Below the pieces are notes generated by a model that saw only the letters and a program-made list of their open reading frames with translations, had not been told where the DNA came from and ran no database searches. Below, in pieces: positions 39,521 to 48,058 of a stretch of 64,000 bases of DNA. The translations under genes were made by a program, and so were the position numbers. Positions within the stretch are counted from its first letter, which is position 1, and each line of letters begins with the position of its first letter. The stretch is from the NCBI GenBank assembly GCA_041666265.1, contig JBAYHH010000001.1, forward strand, positions 8,056 through 72,055. The letters are read 5' to 3'. The stretch comes from Candidatus Magasanikiibacteriota bacterium. GTDB taxonomy: Bacteria > Patescibacteriota > Patescibacteriia > Magasanikbacterales > GWA2-37-8.

Positions 39521-40613
39521 TTAGCTTGTATATTTCCTCTCGCACCTTGCGTGCGAATTCGGCTTCGGTAAATTTGCGCGCGGTGGCGTAGCAGTTTTGT
39601 TCCATGGCGAGCGCTTTGGCCGGTGTCAGCTCGTCTACAGCCTGAATCAAATCATTTTCGGTAGGATCGGCGGGCAACATCACCCCGTTTTTTTGATCCT
39701 CAATGATTTCCAGCAGTCCACCCTCGGCCACGCCGATCACCGGCTTGCCCGCGGTCATTGATTCGACCGGGCTCATGCCAAAATCTTCTCGCACCGGAAT
39801 ATATATAGTGGCCAAGCATTTCCCGAGATATTGTAATAGCTCGTCATCGCTAATCCAGCCGACGATTTTGATATTGTCGTGCCCCTCGGCCATTTTTTGA
39901 ATTTTTTGCAGCTCCGGTCCGCCCGATGCTATGATCAGTTTTTTGTCTGGCATTTGCGTGAACGCTTGCGCGATGAGATCGATGCGCTTGACCGAGTAGA
40001 GGCGCGCCCAAGAAAAAAAATAATCACCCTGACTTAGATTCTTGAAAGGCAAAGTATCACATGGTGGATAGACGACAATAGATTCGAGTCCTAAAAATTT
40101 TTTGATGCGCGCTTGGGTGTTTTTGGAGTTGGTAATGATTTTGTCGAAATGTTTGGATAGCGTTCGAAAGCGCCAGCGATTAAAGCCGGCAAACGGCACA
40201 AACAATATTTTCTTCCACCAGCTATATGAGCGTAATTTTTCGGAGTAACAGTCAAACAAATGACGGGGCGGGGTGTGCATGTAGGCGATATTTTTGGCGT
40301 GGCGCGCGCGTAGCAGGGCGGTGAGGCAATCGCCACTATAGATGACGGTGTCGTAATTTTTGAGAAAACCGGTTTTAAGTAAAAATGATAATTGGACTTG
40401 AAGATAACGAAAGCCCGGGACGCGCGACCAAGATTTTTCGCGATATAGTTCAATCACTCGGCCGGAAATTTGACCGCGCGGGTCAAAAGCGTCTTTGGCG
40501 ATAAAAGCCGTAGCAATATCCGCGTTTAAAATTTTGGCCATACTAATGACCAGGCGTTCGCCTCCGCCTTTGTACAAAAAATAGTCGTGCAGGATAATAA
40601 TCTTATTTGGCAT
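39504..40613 (-). CDS. GT4 glycosyltransferase
   Basis: GGGER, HTPPR, KRIDL, EDFGMSPVESM..GKPVI. Confidence 0.93.
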   Translation of the reverse strand: MPNKIIILHDYFLYKGGGERLVISMAKILNADIATAFIAKDAFDPRGQISGRVIELYREKSWSRVPGFRYLQVQLSFLLKTGFLKNYDTVIYSGDCLTALLRARHAKNIAYMHTPPRHLFDCYSEKLRSYSWWKKILFVPFAGFNRWRFRTLSKHFDKIITNSKNTQARIKKFLGLESIVVYPPCDTLPFKNLSQGDYFFSWARLYSVKRIDLIAQAFTQMPDKKLIIASGGPELQKIQKMAEGHDNIKIVGWISDDELLQYLGKCLATIYIPVREDFGMSPVESMTAGKPVIGVAEGGLLEIIEDQKNGVMLPADPTENDLIQAVDELTPAKALAMEQNCYATARKFTEAEFARKVREEIYKLRSRAV

Positions 40614-40646
40614 AATTTAATTATTTGTGTGATAATCGTATTATAT

Positions 40647-40686
40647 ACAAAACAACGCTATGTTACAAGCGTTGTTTTGTTGGTCG
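40647..40686. repeat. att-like direct repeat (left)
   Basis: acaaaacaacgctatgttacaagcgttgttttgttggtcg. Confidence 0.92.
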
Positions 40687-40764
40687 AACATCCTAAACGA
40701 TGTTAGAACTTTTTTTGAAAAAAATTATTAAGGGCTATTGTGTAGGGACTTCGCCCCTACAACC

Positions 40765-40784
40765 CCTGCCTACCGGTAGGCAGG
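40765..40784. repeat. Perfect palindrome CCTGCCTACCGGTAGGCAGG
   Basis: 20-bp self-complementary REP-like element among other hairpins at the island end. Confidence 0.7.
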
Positions 40785-40892
40785 CCACGAAAATGGGGCG
40801 GGCAAAAAGGCGCCGCCGTTCTCATTTTTACTCTTGTGGATAACTTTTGATATTTTTCTAAATTTATCTTATATTAGCCAAATTATCACTAC

Positions 40893-40921
40893 TTGACATA
40901 GACCAAATAGTCATATAATAT
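40893..40921 (+). promoter_or_regulatory. Promoter of LexA-RM operon, possibly leaderless
   Basis: TTGACA then TATAAT (15-nt spacer) or TAATAT (17-nt spacer); ATG 7-9 nt later, no SD. Confidence 0.55.
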
Positions 40922-40928
40922 AGAATAT

Positions 40929-41576
40929 ATGGCTAAAACTATCACCAAAAGACAACTTGATGCACTAAATTTGATATATCAGAATACCAAGAGCTCTGGT
41001 TTTCCGCCTAGTATGGCAGAAATGCGCGACGCACTTAGTGTAGCATCAAATCAATCAATAATCAACCTATTGAAGGCTTTGGAGGAAAAAGGTTGTATAA
41101 AACGCGAAGAAGGGCTTGCGCGTGGATTAAAAATTTTACCAAAAGGATTCAGTGTCCTCGGCGTTGACCCGATAGTTCCGGTCGTAGGGCAGAGTTCGTG
41201 CGGTCCGTTTATTGAGGCCACGCAAGAAATTGGCAACTGGACTGTGTTGCCGGGCATAACCAACGAAGTACAAGAATCGCAGGACAAAATTTTTGCCATT
41301 CAGGTGTGTGGCGATAGTATGATTAACGCCGGCATTTATGATGGGGATATGTTATTGGTAAAACAGACACGCGAATTTAAAAATGGTGATATTGTAGTCG
41401 CTCGTAGCGATGACGGCACCACCGTTAAAAGATTCGTTGCAGAAAATAAACGCGCTTATCTAAAGCCGGAAAATCCGGCCTACAAAAATATTCCAATTTT
41501 TGAAGAAACATATTTTGATGGCAAAGTAATTGCCAATTTAAGTACTTTAAAAAGAATGTATGAACCAAAAAATTAA
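40929..41576 (+). CDS. LexA-like repressor (wHTH + S24 peptidase)
   Basis: T.RQ...GFPPS.AE, L..LEEKG.I.R, CG cleavage site, GDSM..AGI.DGD, TVKR. Confidence 0.92.
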   Translation: MAKTITKRQLDALNLIYQNTKSSGFPPSMAEMRDALSVASNQSIINLLKALEEKGCIKREEGLARGLKILPKGFSVLGVDPIVPVVGQSSCGPFIEATQEIGNWTVLPGITNEVQESQDKIFAIQVCGDSMINAGIYDGDMLLVKQTREFKNGDIVVARSDDGTTVKRFVAENKRAYLKPENPAYKNIPIFEETYFDGKVIANLSTLKRMYEPKN

Positions 41577-43488
41577 CAGCGCGGTGCTAAATAAAATTTT
41601 TCACGATTCCGGCGCGCAATACGGCCTTAAAGAATTTGAAAATGTCAAACCGGTGGAGGTTTTGGATATTTTTGAGAAAGAAAAAGGCAAATTTTATATT
41701 AAATGTCTCAAGCGCGACAAAGATATTTTATTGTTTAGCAACGAAAAGAATTTATCCAAGCCCGAGGAAGTTATTCGTCAATTATGGTTATTTAAATTGA
41801 CCAAATATTATAATTACCCGCTTGACCGGATTGATTTGGAAAAAGATATTCGTTTTGGACATGAGATTCACGCTAAAGCGGCGGATATCATTATTTATCG
41901 TGAAGATAAAGAAACTCCGCTTATAATCATTGAAACCAAAAATCCGGCGGTAGAAAAGGGTTTAGATCAATTAAAAACCTATATCAATTCCGAAGGCGCG
42001 CCTATCGGCGTGTGGAGCAATGGCGTGGAAAAAGTCGTTTTGTACCGCCCTTATCCGCGCGAATTCCAAACTTTACGCGATTTACCACGCGTAGATCAAA
42101 CAATTGACGATGTCTTGGAGGAAAAATTAACCCTTGACGATTTACACAAAGATTATGATTTGGTAAAAATTCTCAAAATTTTAGAGGAACTTGTTTTGGC
42201 CAGCGCGGGTGTAGATTCGTTTAATGAAATTTTTAAACTCATTTACGCCAAGTTATTTGACGAAAAAGAGGCGCGCAAACGAAAAGATAATGAATTGTAT
42301 TTCCGACAGTCCAAAGATCCAAAAATTACTCTTGATGTTATTAATAAACTTTTTCAGAGCGCCTGCCAAGAGTGGCCAGGGATATTTAGTAGTTATGAAA
42401 AAATAGAACTTACGCCCAATCACCTCGCTGTTTGTGTGGATGAATTTTCAAAAATAAGATTATTGGACGCTAATTTGGAAGTAATTGATGCCGCCTTTGA
42501 ATATTTATTACCTGATGTCGCCAAGGGCAAACGCGGGCAATATTTCACTCCGCGCCATGTGATAGATATGGCGGTAAAAATGCTCAATCCCAAGGACGGT
42601 GAATATATTATTGATCCGGCATGTGGGAGCGGTGGATTTCTTATTCACGCCATGCGTTATGTTTGGAACAACAACTTAAAACACGCTGACAAACAAGCCA
42701 AAACAGATTATGCCCGCAAATATATCTATGGAATTGATTTTGATGATAAACCGGTAAAAATCGCCCGCGCCATGATGCTTATTGCTGGTGACGGTAAATC
42801 ACACATCTTGAAATTGAATTCGCTTAACACCAAAGAGTGGCAGGGTGATGAAAGCGAAAAAGAACGCGCGCGCGCCGAATTGCGCGATCGATTACACAAA
42901 TTTGATGATTACGACAAAGACAAAAATAATAAAGATAACTTTAAATATTTTGACTTTGATATTTTATTATCAAACCCACCCTTTGCTGGCGAGATTCACG
43001 AAACCCCACTACTCAAAGAATACGAACTGGCAAAAAACGACAAAGGCAAGTTGCGTAATAAAATGGAGCGACACATTTTGTTTATTGAACGCTCGCTTGA
43101 TTTGGTAAAACCAGGTGGGCGTATGGCGATTGTTTTACCGCAGGGCGTGTTTAATAATAGCAACATGGAATATGTGCGCGATTACTTATTGGACAAAGCA
43201 CGTATTTTGGCAGTCGTTGGATTAGAAGTAAACACATTCAAACCGCACACCGGCACCAAGACCAGTGTAATATTTTTACAAAAATGGGGCGCAAAAGAAA
43301 ACAAACCAAAGGATTATCCTATTTTTATGGCCGTTTCCAAAAAATCAGGCAAGGATAATTCCGGCGATTATGTTTATCGCAAGGACAAAGAAGGCAGTTT
43401 GATGTTTGATGAGCAGGGGAAAAAAATATTGGAGCATGATTTGGATGAAATTGCGGAGGAGTATTTGAAATTTACAGAAAAAATATGA
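41560..43488 (+). CDS. Fused HsdR-N-type nuclease / N6-adenine methyltransferase (Type IIB/IIG-like RM subunit)
   Basis: PEE.IRQ...YNYP...ADI...IIETK; GQYFTPR, DPACGSGGFL, NPPF. Confidence 0.92.
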   Translation: MNQKINSAVLNKIFHDSGAQYGLKEFENVKPVEVLDIFEKEKGKFYIKCLKRDKDILLFSNEKNLSKPEEVIRQLWLFKLTKYYNYPLDRIDLEKDIRFGHEIHAKAADIIIYREDKETPLIIIETKNPAVEKGLDQLKTYINSEGAPIGVWSNGVEKVVLYRPYPREFQTLRDLPRVDQTIDDVLEEKLTLDDLHKDYDLVKILKILEELVLASAGVDSFNEIFKLIYAKLFDEKEARKRKDNELYFRQSKDPKITLDVINKLFQSACQEWPGIFSSYEKIELTPNHLAVCVDEFSKIRLLDANLEVIDAAFEYLLPDVAKGKRGQYFTPRHVIDMAVKMLNPKDGEYIIDPACGSGGFLIHAMRYVWNNNLKHADKQAKTDYARKYIYGIDFDDKPVKIARAMMLIAGDGKSHILKLNSLNTKEWQGDESEKERARAELRDRLHKFDDYDKDKNNKDNFKYFDFDILLSNPPFAGEIHETPLLKEYELAKNDKGKLRNKMERHILFIERSLDLVKPGGRMAIVLPQGVFNNSNMEYVRDYLLDKARILAVVGLEVNTFKPHTGTKTSVIFLQKWGAKENKPKDYPIFMAVSKKSGKDNSGDYVYRKDKEGSLMFDEQGKKILEHDLDEIAEEYLKFTEKI

Positions 43489-44342
43489 CATTAGCAGATT
43501 TATTAACCGAAAGGATTAATGAGACCGGATTTCCTTTCCAGGAGGAATGCTACCAATTTATTAAAGATACAAAAAATTTTGTTACAAAAGAATATCCATA
43601 TTCGTTTATCGGAGTTGATGGTTCGGTAGATATTTTGACTTTAAAGATTCCGCCCCTTGATGATTTTGGCGATTCTTTTTGGCCAATCATGTCTATTGAA
43701 TGTAAAAAAAGTAAACCCGGTATTAAAAATTGGTGCTTTATTAAGACGGATAGAGGTGGTTATGGAACAAAACCATTATTTGTGGTTTCAATAGTAAGCG
43801 CGGAAAGTGAAGCAAAATTATCATTTTCATCTGAATTATACTCATTTGATAGATTGAAATTTTTTAACGACAAAATGGTAACAATTGATGAAGTTGTAAA
43901 TTTTGGGTTTGAAAGCAACATACTTGCGGAATCTCTTAATAGAAATCAGGAAGAAAAAATTTATAAGTCGCTACTTCAAAGCGTAAGCGGTATTACTTAT
44001 GTTGAGAAAAAAAAGTTTCCCAATATACCGGAGCTGCGGCTGAATGAAGACAAAATTAATGGATTAAGTCGTAGGACACTTCCGCCGTCATACCCGACAA
44101 TTATTTTTATACCAATAGTGTTGACCACATCGGACTTATATGTGGCTAATTTTAATCCTAATAATGTTAAAGACGGTGAAATTGATAATGGAAGTGTCAC
44201 CTGGGTTCAGAAGAATTGGGTTTTTTATGATTTTGGTTTGCCTGATTATCTGCAACAAGATGAACTGGTTTACAGAGGCGTATTTATTGTCAACAATAAA
44301 CATTTTCCGGTATTTTATAATACATTGATGCCATCATTTTAA
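43485..44342 (+). CDS. Hypothetical protein, putative PD-(D/E)XK nuclease fold
   Basis: GFPFQE...EYPY...VDI...IECKK pattern; overlaps the MTase stop (ATGA). Confidence 0.6.
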   Translation: MTLADLLTERINETGFPFQEECYQFIKDTKNFVTKEYPYSFIGVDGSVDILTLKIPPLDDFGDSFWPIMSIECKKSKPGIKNWCFIKTDRGGYGTKPLFVVSIVSAESEAKLSFSSELYSFDRLKFFNDKMVTIDEVVNFGFESNILAESLNRNQEEKIYKSLLQSVSGITYVEKKKFPNIPELRLNEDKINGLSRRTLPPSYPTIIFIPIVLTTSDLYVANFNPNNVKDGEIDNGSVTWVQKNWVFYDFGLPDYLQQDELVYRGVFIVNNKHFPVFYNTLMPSF

Positions 44343-44345
44343 TTT

Positions 44346-45722
44346 ATGGTTTTTTCAATAATACAAAAGTCCCAACTTGAGGGCGCACAACGATTAGATG
44401 CTGAATATTATCAGCCAGAGTATTTAAAATTGGAGAGTAATTTGGGAAAAAATAATTTATCCCTAAAATTTTTTAGTGATATTTTAGAAAAGGAGAATTC
44501 TTTGACCGGAGGTGCCACTCCATTGGGCGCAGACTACCCAAGTAGTGGAGTTAGATTTTTGCGTGTACAAAATATTATGCAAGGATTTTTAGATTTTGAT
44601 GATGTTGTATTTATCTCTCAGCAAACAAATGATAATCAGTTAAAACGATCTCAATTAGTGGACAGTGATGTGTTATTAACCATCACTGGTGTTTCTTATG
44701 GCAAATCGGCGGTGTATAAAAAATCTTGTGGCCCATGTAATATTAATCAACATTCTGTTAGAATGCGTTTTATTGAAAAAATTTTACCTGAATATGTTGC
44801 TACTTTTTTAAATTCAAAATATGGTAGATTTCAATCGGATAGAAAAATTACAGGTGACACCCGACCAGCGCTAGCATACGAAGAAATTAAAAATTATTTA
44901 ATTCCAATATTTGACATTGAGCAACAAAAAAATATTCAAAAAATTTATACTAAAGCGAATAATTTATTGGATGAATCAGAGAATATATATAAAAACGCTT
45001 TAGATATTTTTTTAAGCGAAACAAATGTAAATTGGTTTAGTGAGAATAAAATTTATTATTCCGTTGTTAATTTATTCGAAGTACAAACCGTCAATCGTTT
45101 TGACGCAGAATATTTTAATTCCCCGTGCAATAAAATTCTAACGCAGATTATTAAAGGCAAAACCGCCAAATTAGGCGACCTGGCGGACATGACAAAAGGT
45201 GTTGAGCCTGGGGCCGACGCGTATCAAGATGAAGGAAAATTATTTATCCGCGTTAGTAGTATTTCCAAAGATGGCATAATAGATAAAGACCAAAAATATT
45301 TGAGTGATGATTTGTATAATGAATATAAAAAAGATTACCAACCACAGGTTGGTGATGTACTTTTGACAAAAGATGCTTCGATAGGCGTTGCTTGTGTGGT
45401 ACGAGAGTCGGTTGAAGGAATTGTGGCTGGTGGAGTTTTACGATTAAAATTAAAGGAAAAGATGAATCCGGAATATTTGGCTTTAGTGTTAAATTCTATC
45501 GTTGGTCAAATGCAGGCCAAACGAGACGCCGGTGGCTCTATTATCGCTCACTGGAAACCAGAACAAATAAAAAATTTAGTAGTTCCAATTTTGCCTGCCG
45601 CAACTCAAGAAAAAATCGCGGGCTTGATCGTTAAATCGCACGAAGCCCGTAAAAAAGCGAAGAGGTTACTTGAAGAGGCAAAATTAAAGGTCGAGGAAAT
45701 GATAGAAAAAGGAGGTAGATAA
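44346..45722 (+). CDS. hsdS: Restriction-modification specificity (S) subunit
   Basis: Two repeats starting RLDAEYY/RFDAEYF, each with TRD motifs (FLRVQNI, DVLLT, PEY...LNS..G..Q, IP....Q..I). Confidence 0.9.
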   Translation: MVFSIIQKSQLEGAQRLDAEYYQPEYLKLESNLGKNNLSLKFFSDILEKENSLTGGATPLGADYPSSGVRFLRVQNIMQGFLDFDDVVFISQQTNDNQLKRSQLVDSDVLLTITGVSYGKSAVYKKSCGPCNINQHSVRMRFIEKILPEYVATFLNSKYGRFQSDRKITGDTRPALAYEEIKNYLIPIFDIEQQKNIQKIYTKANNLLDESENIYKNALDIFLSETNVNWFSENKIYYSVVNLFEVQTVNRFDAEYFNSPCNKILTQIIKGKTAKLGDLADMTKGVEPGADAYQDEGKLFIRVSSISKDGIIDKDQKYLSDDLYNEYKKDYQPQVGDVLLTKDASIGVACVVRESVEGIVAGGVLRLKLKEKMNPEYLALVLNSIVGQMQAKRDAGGSIIAHWKPEQIKNLVVPILPAATQEKIAGLIVKSHEARKKAKRLLEEAKLKVEEMIEKGGR

Positions 45723-45735
45723 TAATAATAATTTT

Positions 45736-45903
45736 ATGTCGTGGATAAAAGTAAAGGATCCAAATTTTTTCCCAAGGTTACCGAGCTTACCGCGATTACC
45801 TCGGTTGCCAAGTTTGCCGAAAATACCAAAAATCCCATCAATCAGACCGATAAAGCCAATAGCACCATTGGGTTATAAGTATGTTTGGCGTGAACCCAAA
45901 TAA
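45736..45903 (+). CDS. 55-aa cationic proline-rich repeat peptide
   Basis: Hand translation: MSWIKVKDPNFFPRLPSLPRLPRLPSLPKIPKIPSIRPIKPIAPLGYKYVWREPK; starts 13 nt after the hsdS stop. Confidence 0.75.
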   Translation: MSWIKVKDPNFFPRLPSLPRLPRLPSLPKIPKIPSIRPIKPIAPLGYKYVWREPK

Positions 45904-46114
45904 TTTGAAGTAGGTAGAGCGAGCGGGATGGAGGAGTGCCAAGATCCGAGGAGGTTGGTAATTACGAAAGCCCAACCCAACCGCGACCGAAATAATTGTT
46001 TCCAAAACCTCGCTAAAAAGTGGGGTTTTGTTTTCTAAAATTGGGAGCACCATTTGCCCGCCCGATTAATAATTTTTTTAAAAAAGGTTCGAGCTTCGTT
46101 CAGTAATTACGACA

Positions 46115-46154
46115 ACAAAACAACGCTATGTTACAAGCGTTGTTTTGTTGGTCG
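46115..46154. repeat. att-like direct repeat (right): tRNA terminator hairpin plus last 6 nt of the tRNA
   Basis: Identical to 40647-40686. Confidence 0.92.
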
Positions 46155-46225
46155 GGGTGCCGGGACTTGAACCCGGAATCTCGTGAACCCGAATCACGCG
46201 CCTTAGCCAATTGGGCCACACCCCG
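46149..46225 (-). tRNA. tRNA-Pro(CGG)
   Basis: CGGGGTG acceptor stem, anticodon arm CGTGA-TTCGGGT-TCACG, GGTTCAAGTCC T arm, encoded CCA; 77 nt. Confidence 0.97.
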
Positions 46226-46236
46226 TAGTGAGATGG

Positions 46237-46265
46237 ATTGTATCACCCTATCGCGAAAAAATCAA
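46237..46265 (-). promoter_or_regulatory. tRNA promoter
   Basis: TTGATT-17-TACAAT with extended TG. Confidence 0.65.
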
Positions 46266-46885
46266 GGGCGCAGGGTGTGTATGGCGCGATCAAGCGCCAG
46301 GTGCATCTGTATTTCAATAGCGCGATTGGTTTTTTGAGCCAGTGGCAGATAATAGCGATTGGCTTCGCCAAACCAATGCGTAATTTTATTGTATTTGGGA
46401 AAAAGTAAAAATAAATCGCACCAACAGCGCATATTATCGAGCATGTCAGCGCATTTTACTATTCGCGTCTTTTTGTCAGCGCGCATAATAAAATTATATC
46501 TGCGCCCCTTGCTGATTTTTTTGGATAGCTCGCATTCATTGTCATGGCGCGGGCGAGTCAGATTTTTTACCAACCGAGCGATTTCTCGGTCAAATTCTTT
46601 TTCAATTGTTGGTAATTTTATATCGGTATCTTCGACTACATCATGCAAAAGAGCGGCGGCGATCATGGCGCAATTCTTACTTTTGAATTCGTAAATCAAT
46701 GAATTGGCCACGCGTAGAGGATGGATAAAATATTGGTCGCCTTCGTAGCGTCGCTGGTTTATATGAGCTGTTTGCGCCATCAAAAACGCGCGCGTCAAGA
46801 TGTCGCGCCCGCGGGCCGATTGTTTTTTTACATATCGATGAAACAGTTTCTCGTGATATTTTATGTTTCTGAAGCGTGATTTCAT
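46262..46885 (-). CDS. Stand-alone RelA/SpoT-type HD hydrolase (small alarmone hydrolase/Mesh1-like)
   Basis: H..Q.R...Y..HP..VA, AALLHDVVEDT, VK.AD.LDN. Confidence 0.85.
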   Translation of the reverse strand: MKSRFRNIKYHEKLFHRYVKKQSARGRDILTRAFLMAQTAHINQRRYEGDQYFIHPLRVANSLIYEFKSKNCAMIAAALLHDVVEDTDIKLPTIEKEFDREIARLVKNLTRPRHDNECELSKKISKGRRYNFIMRADKKTRIVKCADMLDNMRCWCDLFLLFPKYNKITHWFGEANRYYLPLAQKTNRAIEIQMHLALDRAIHTLRP

Positions 46886-47017
46886 ATTTAGATAACAAAG
46901 CTCATTTTAGCACCATTATGTGATTTGAGCAAATGCTGGTATGGGGTGTTCTGGATATATTTTTGTGATTATGATATTATACGCACAGTAGTTAATTTTT
47001 AGCTGTTATTATATTTT

Positions 47018-48052
47018 ATGCTAAATATATCGTCTTTCTTTAAAGAAGCCATCAAACGATCTGCCTCGGATTTGCACCTGGTGGGCGGGGAGTTGCCCAT
47101 GATCCGCATTGAGGGCGAGTTGACAAATTTGGGGGATAAGCCGATTGATAACAGCGATTTAAGCGACGCGCTTATGGCGCTTGTCAGCAAAGCCCAGCGC
47201 GCCCAATACGAAGAATTTTTGGAATTGGATTTTGGCTATGAAATTGACGGTGTGCGCTTTCGGGTAAATTTGCATCAACAAGCGGAAAAAATCGGCATGG
47301 CGGCGCGCTTGGTCCCGGCCGAGATTCCCAGTCCCAAGGATTTGCATTTTGAAGAAGTTTTGGCGAGCGTCCCCAATTTACTTGATGGTTTGGTACTTGT
47401 CACCGGACCGACGGGCTGTGGTAAATCGACCACGATCGCCTCGATCATCGAGCAGATCAATCAGTCGCGCAAGGCGCATATCATGACAGTCGAGGATCCG
47501 ATCGAGTTTGTTTATAAGGATAAATTAAGTTTGATTGAGCAGCGCGAAGTCGGTATTGACACCAAGTCATTTGAATCGGCTCTTAAATATGTTTTGCGTC
47601 AAGATCCCAATGTGATATTTGTCGGTGAAATGCGCGATGCCGAGACTATTAGCACCGTTCTCACCGCTGCCGAGACCGGTCATCTGGTGTTGTCTACTTT
47701 ACATACTCCGAGCGCCGCCGAAGCGATCGAGCGCATCGTCGATGTATTTGATGGATCGAAGCAAAAGCAAATTTTGATTCAGTTGTCGTCAGTATTGCGC
47801 GTGGTCATCGCCCAACAATTACTTCCGGCCAAAGACGGTGGTCGGGTGCCGGCGCGTGAAATTTTGGTAAACACGGCGGCCGCGGCCAATTTGATCAAAG
47901 AAAATAAAATCGATCAATTGAAATCGGTGATCCAAACCGGCGCCAAGGACGGCATGGTGACGATGGAAAATTCGATCGCAGAGTTACTCAAGGAGAAATG
48001 GATCAGTGACGATACCGCCGGCAAACGAGTGGGCAGACAAAAGAAAGTGTAA
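47018..48052 (+). CDS. pilT: Type IV pilus retraction ATPase PilT/PilU family
   Basis: ASDLHL, TGPTGCGKST, EDPIE, LRQDP.VI.VGEMRD, AETGHLV.STLH. Confidence 0.95.
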   Translation: MLNISSFFKEAIKRSASDLHLVGGELPMIRIEGELTNLGDKPIDNSDLSDALMALVSKAQRAQYEEFLELDFGYEIDGVRFRVNLHQQAEKIGMAARLVPAEIPSPKDLHFEEVLASVPNLLDGLVLVTGPTGCGKSTTIASIIEQINQSRKAHIMTVEDPIEFVYKDKLSLIEQREVGIDTKSFESALKYVLRQDPNVIFVGEMRDAETISTVLTAAETGHLVLSTLHTPSAAEAIERIVDVFDGSKQKQILIQLSSVLRVVIAQQLLPAKDGGRVPAREILVNTAAAANLIKENKIDQLKSVIQTGAKDGMVTMENSIAELLKEKWISDDTAGKRVGRQKKV

Positions 48053-48058
48053 CGCGAT

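Larger units (their letters stand above)
40647..46154. mobile_element. tRNA-Pro-associated genomic island (defence), no integrase
   Basis: Perfect 40-bp direct repeat at 40647-40686 and 46115-46154; AT-rich cargo of LexA-like and RM genes. Confidence 0.85.

Noticed and set aside
40929-45722. Prophage, or classical Type I RM system
   Set aside because: No phage structural or replication genes; no HsdR helicase/translocase, and the nuclease domain is fused to the MTase
45838-46337. ORFs 45838-46053(-) and 46128-46337(+)
   Set aside because: The first overlaps the better-supported Pro-rich peptide and end hairpins; the second is antisense to tRNA-Pro
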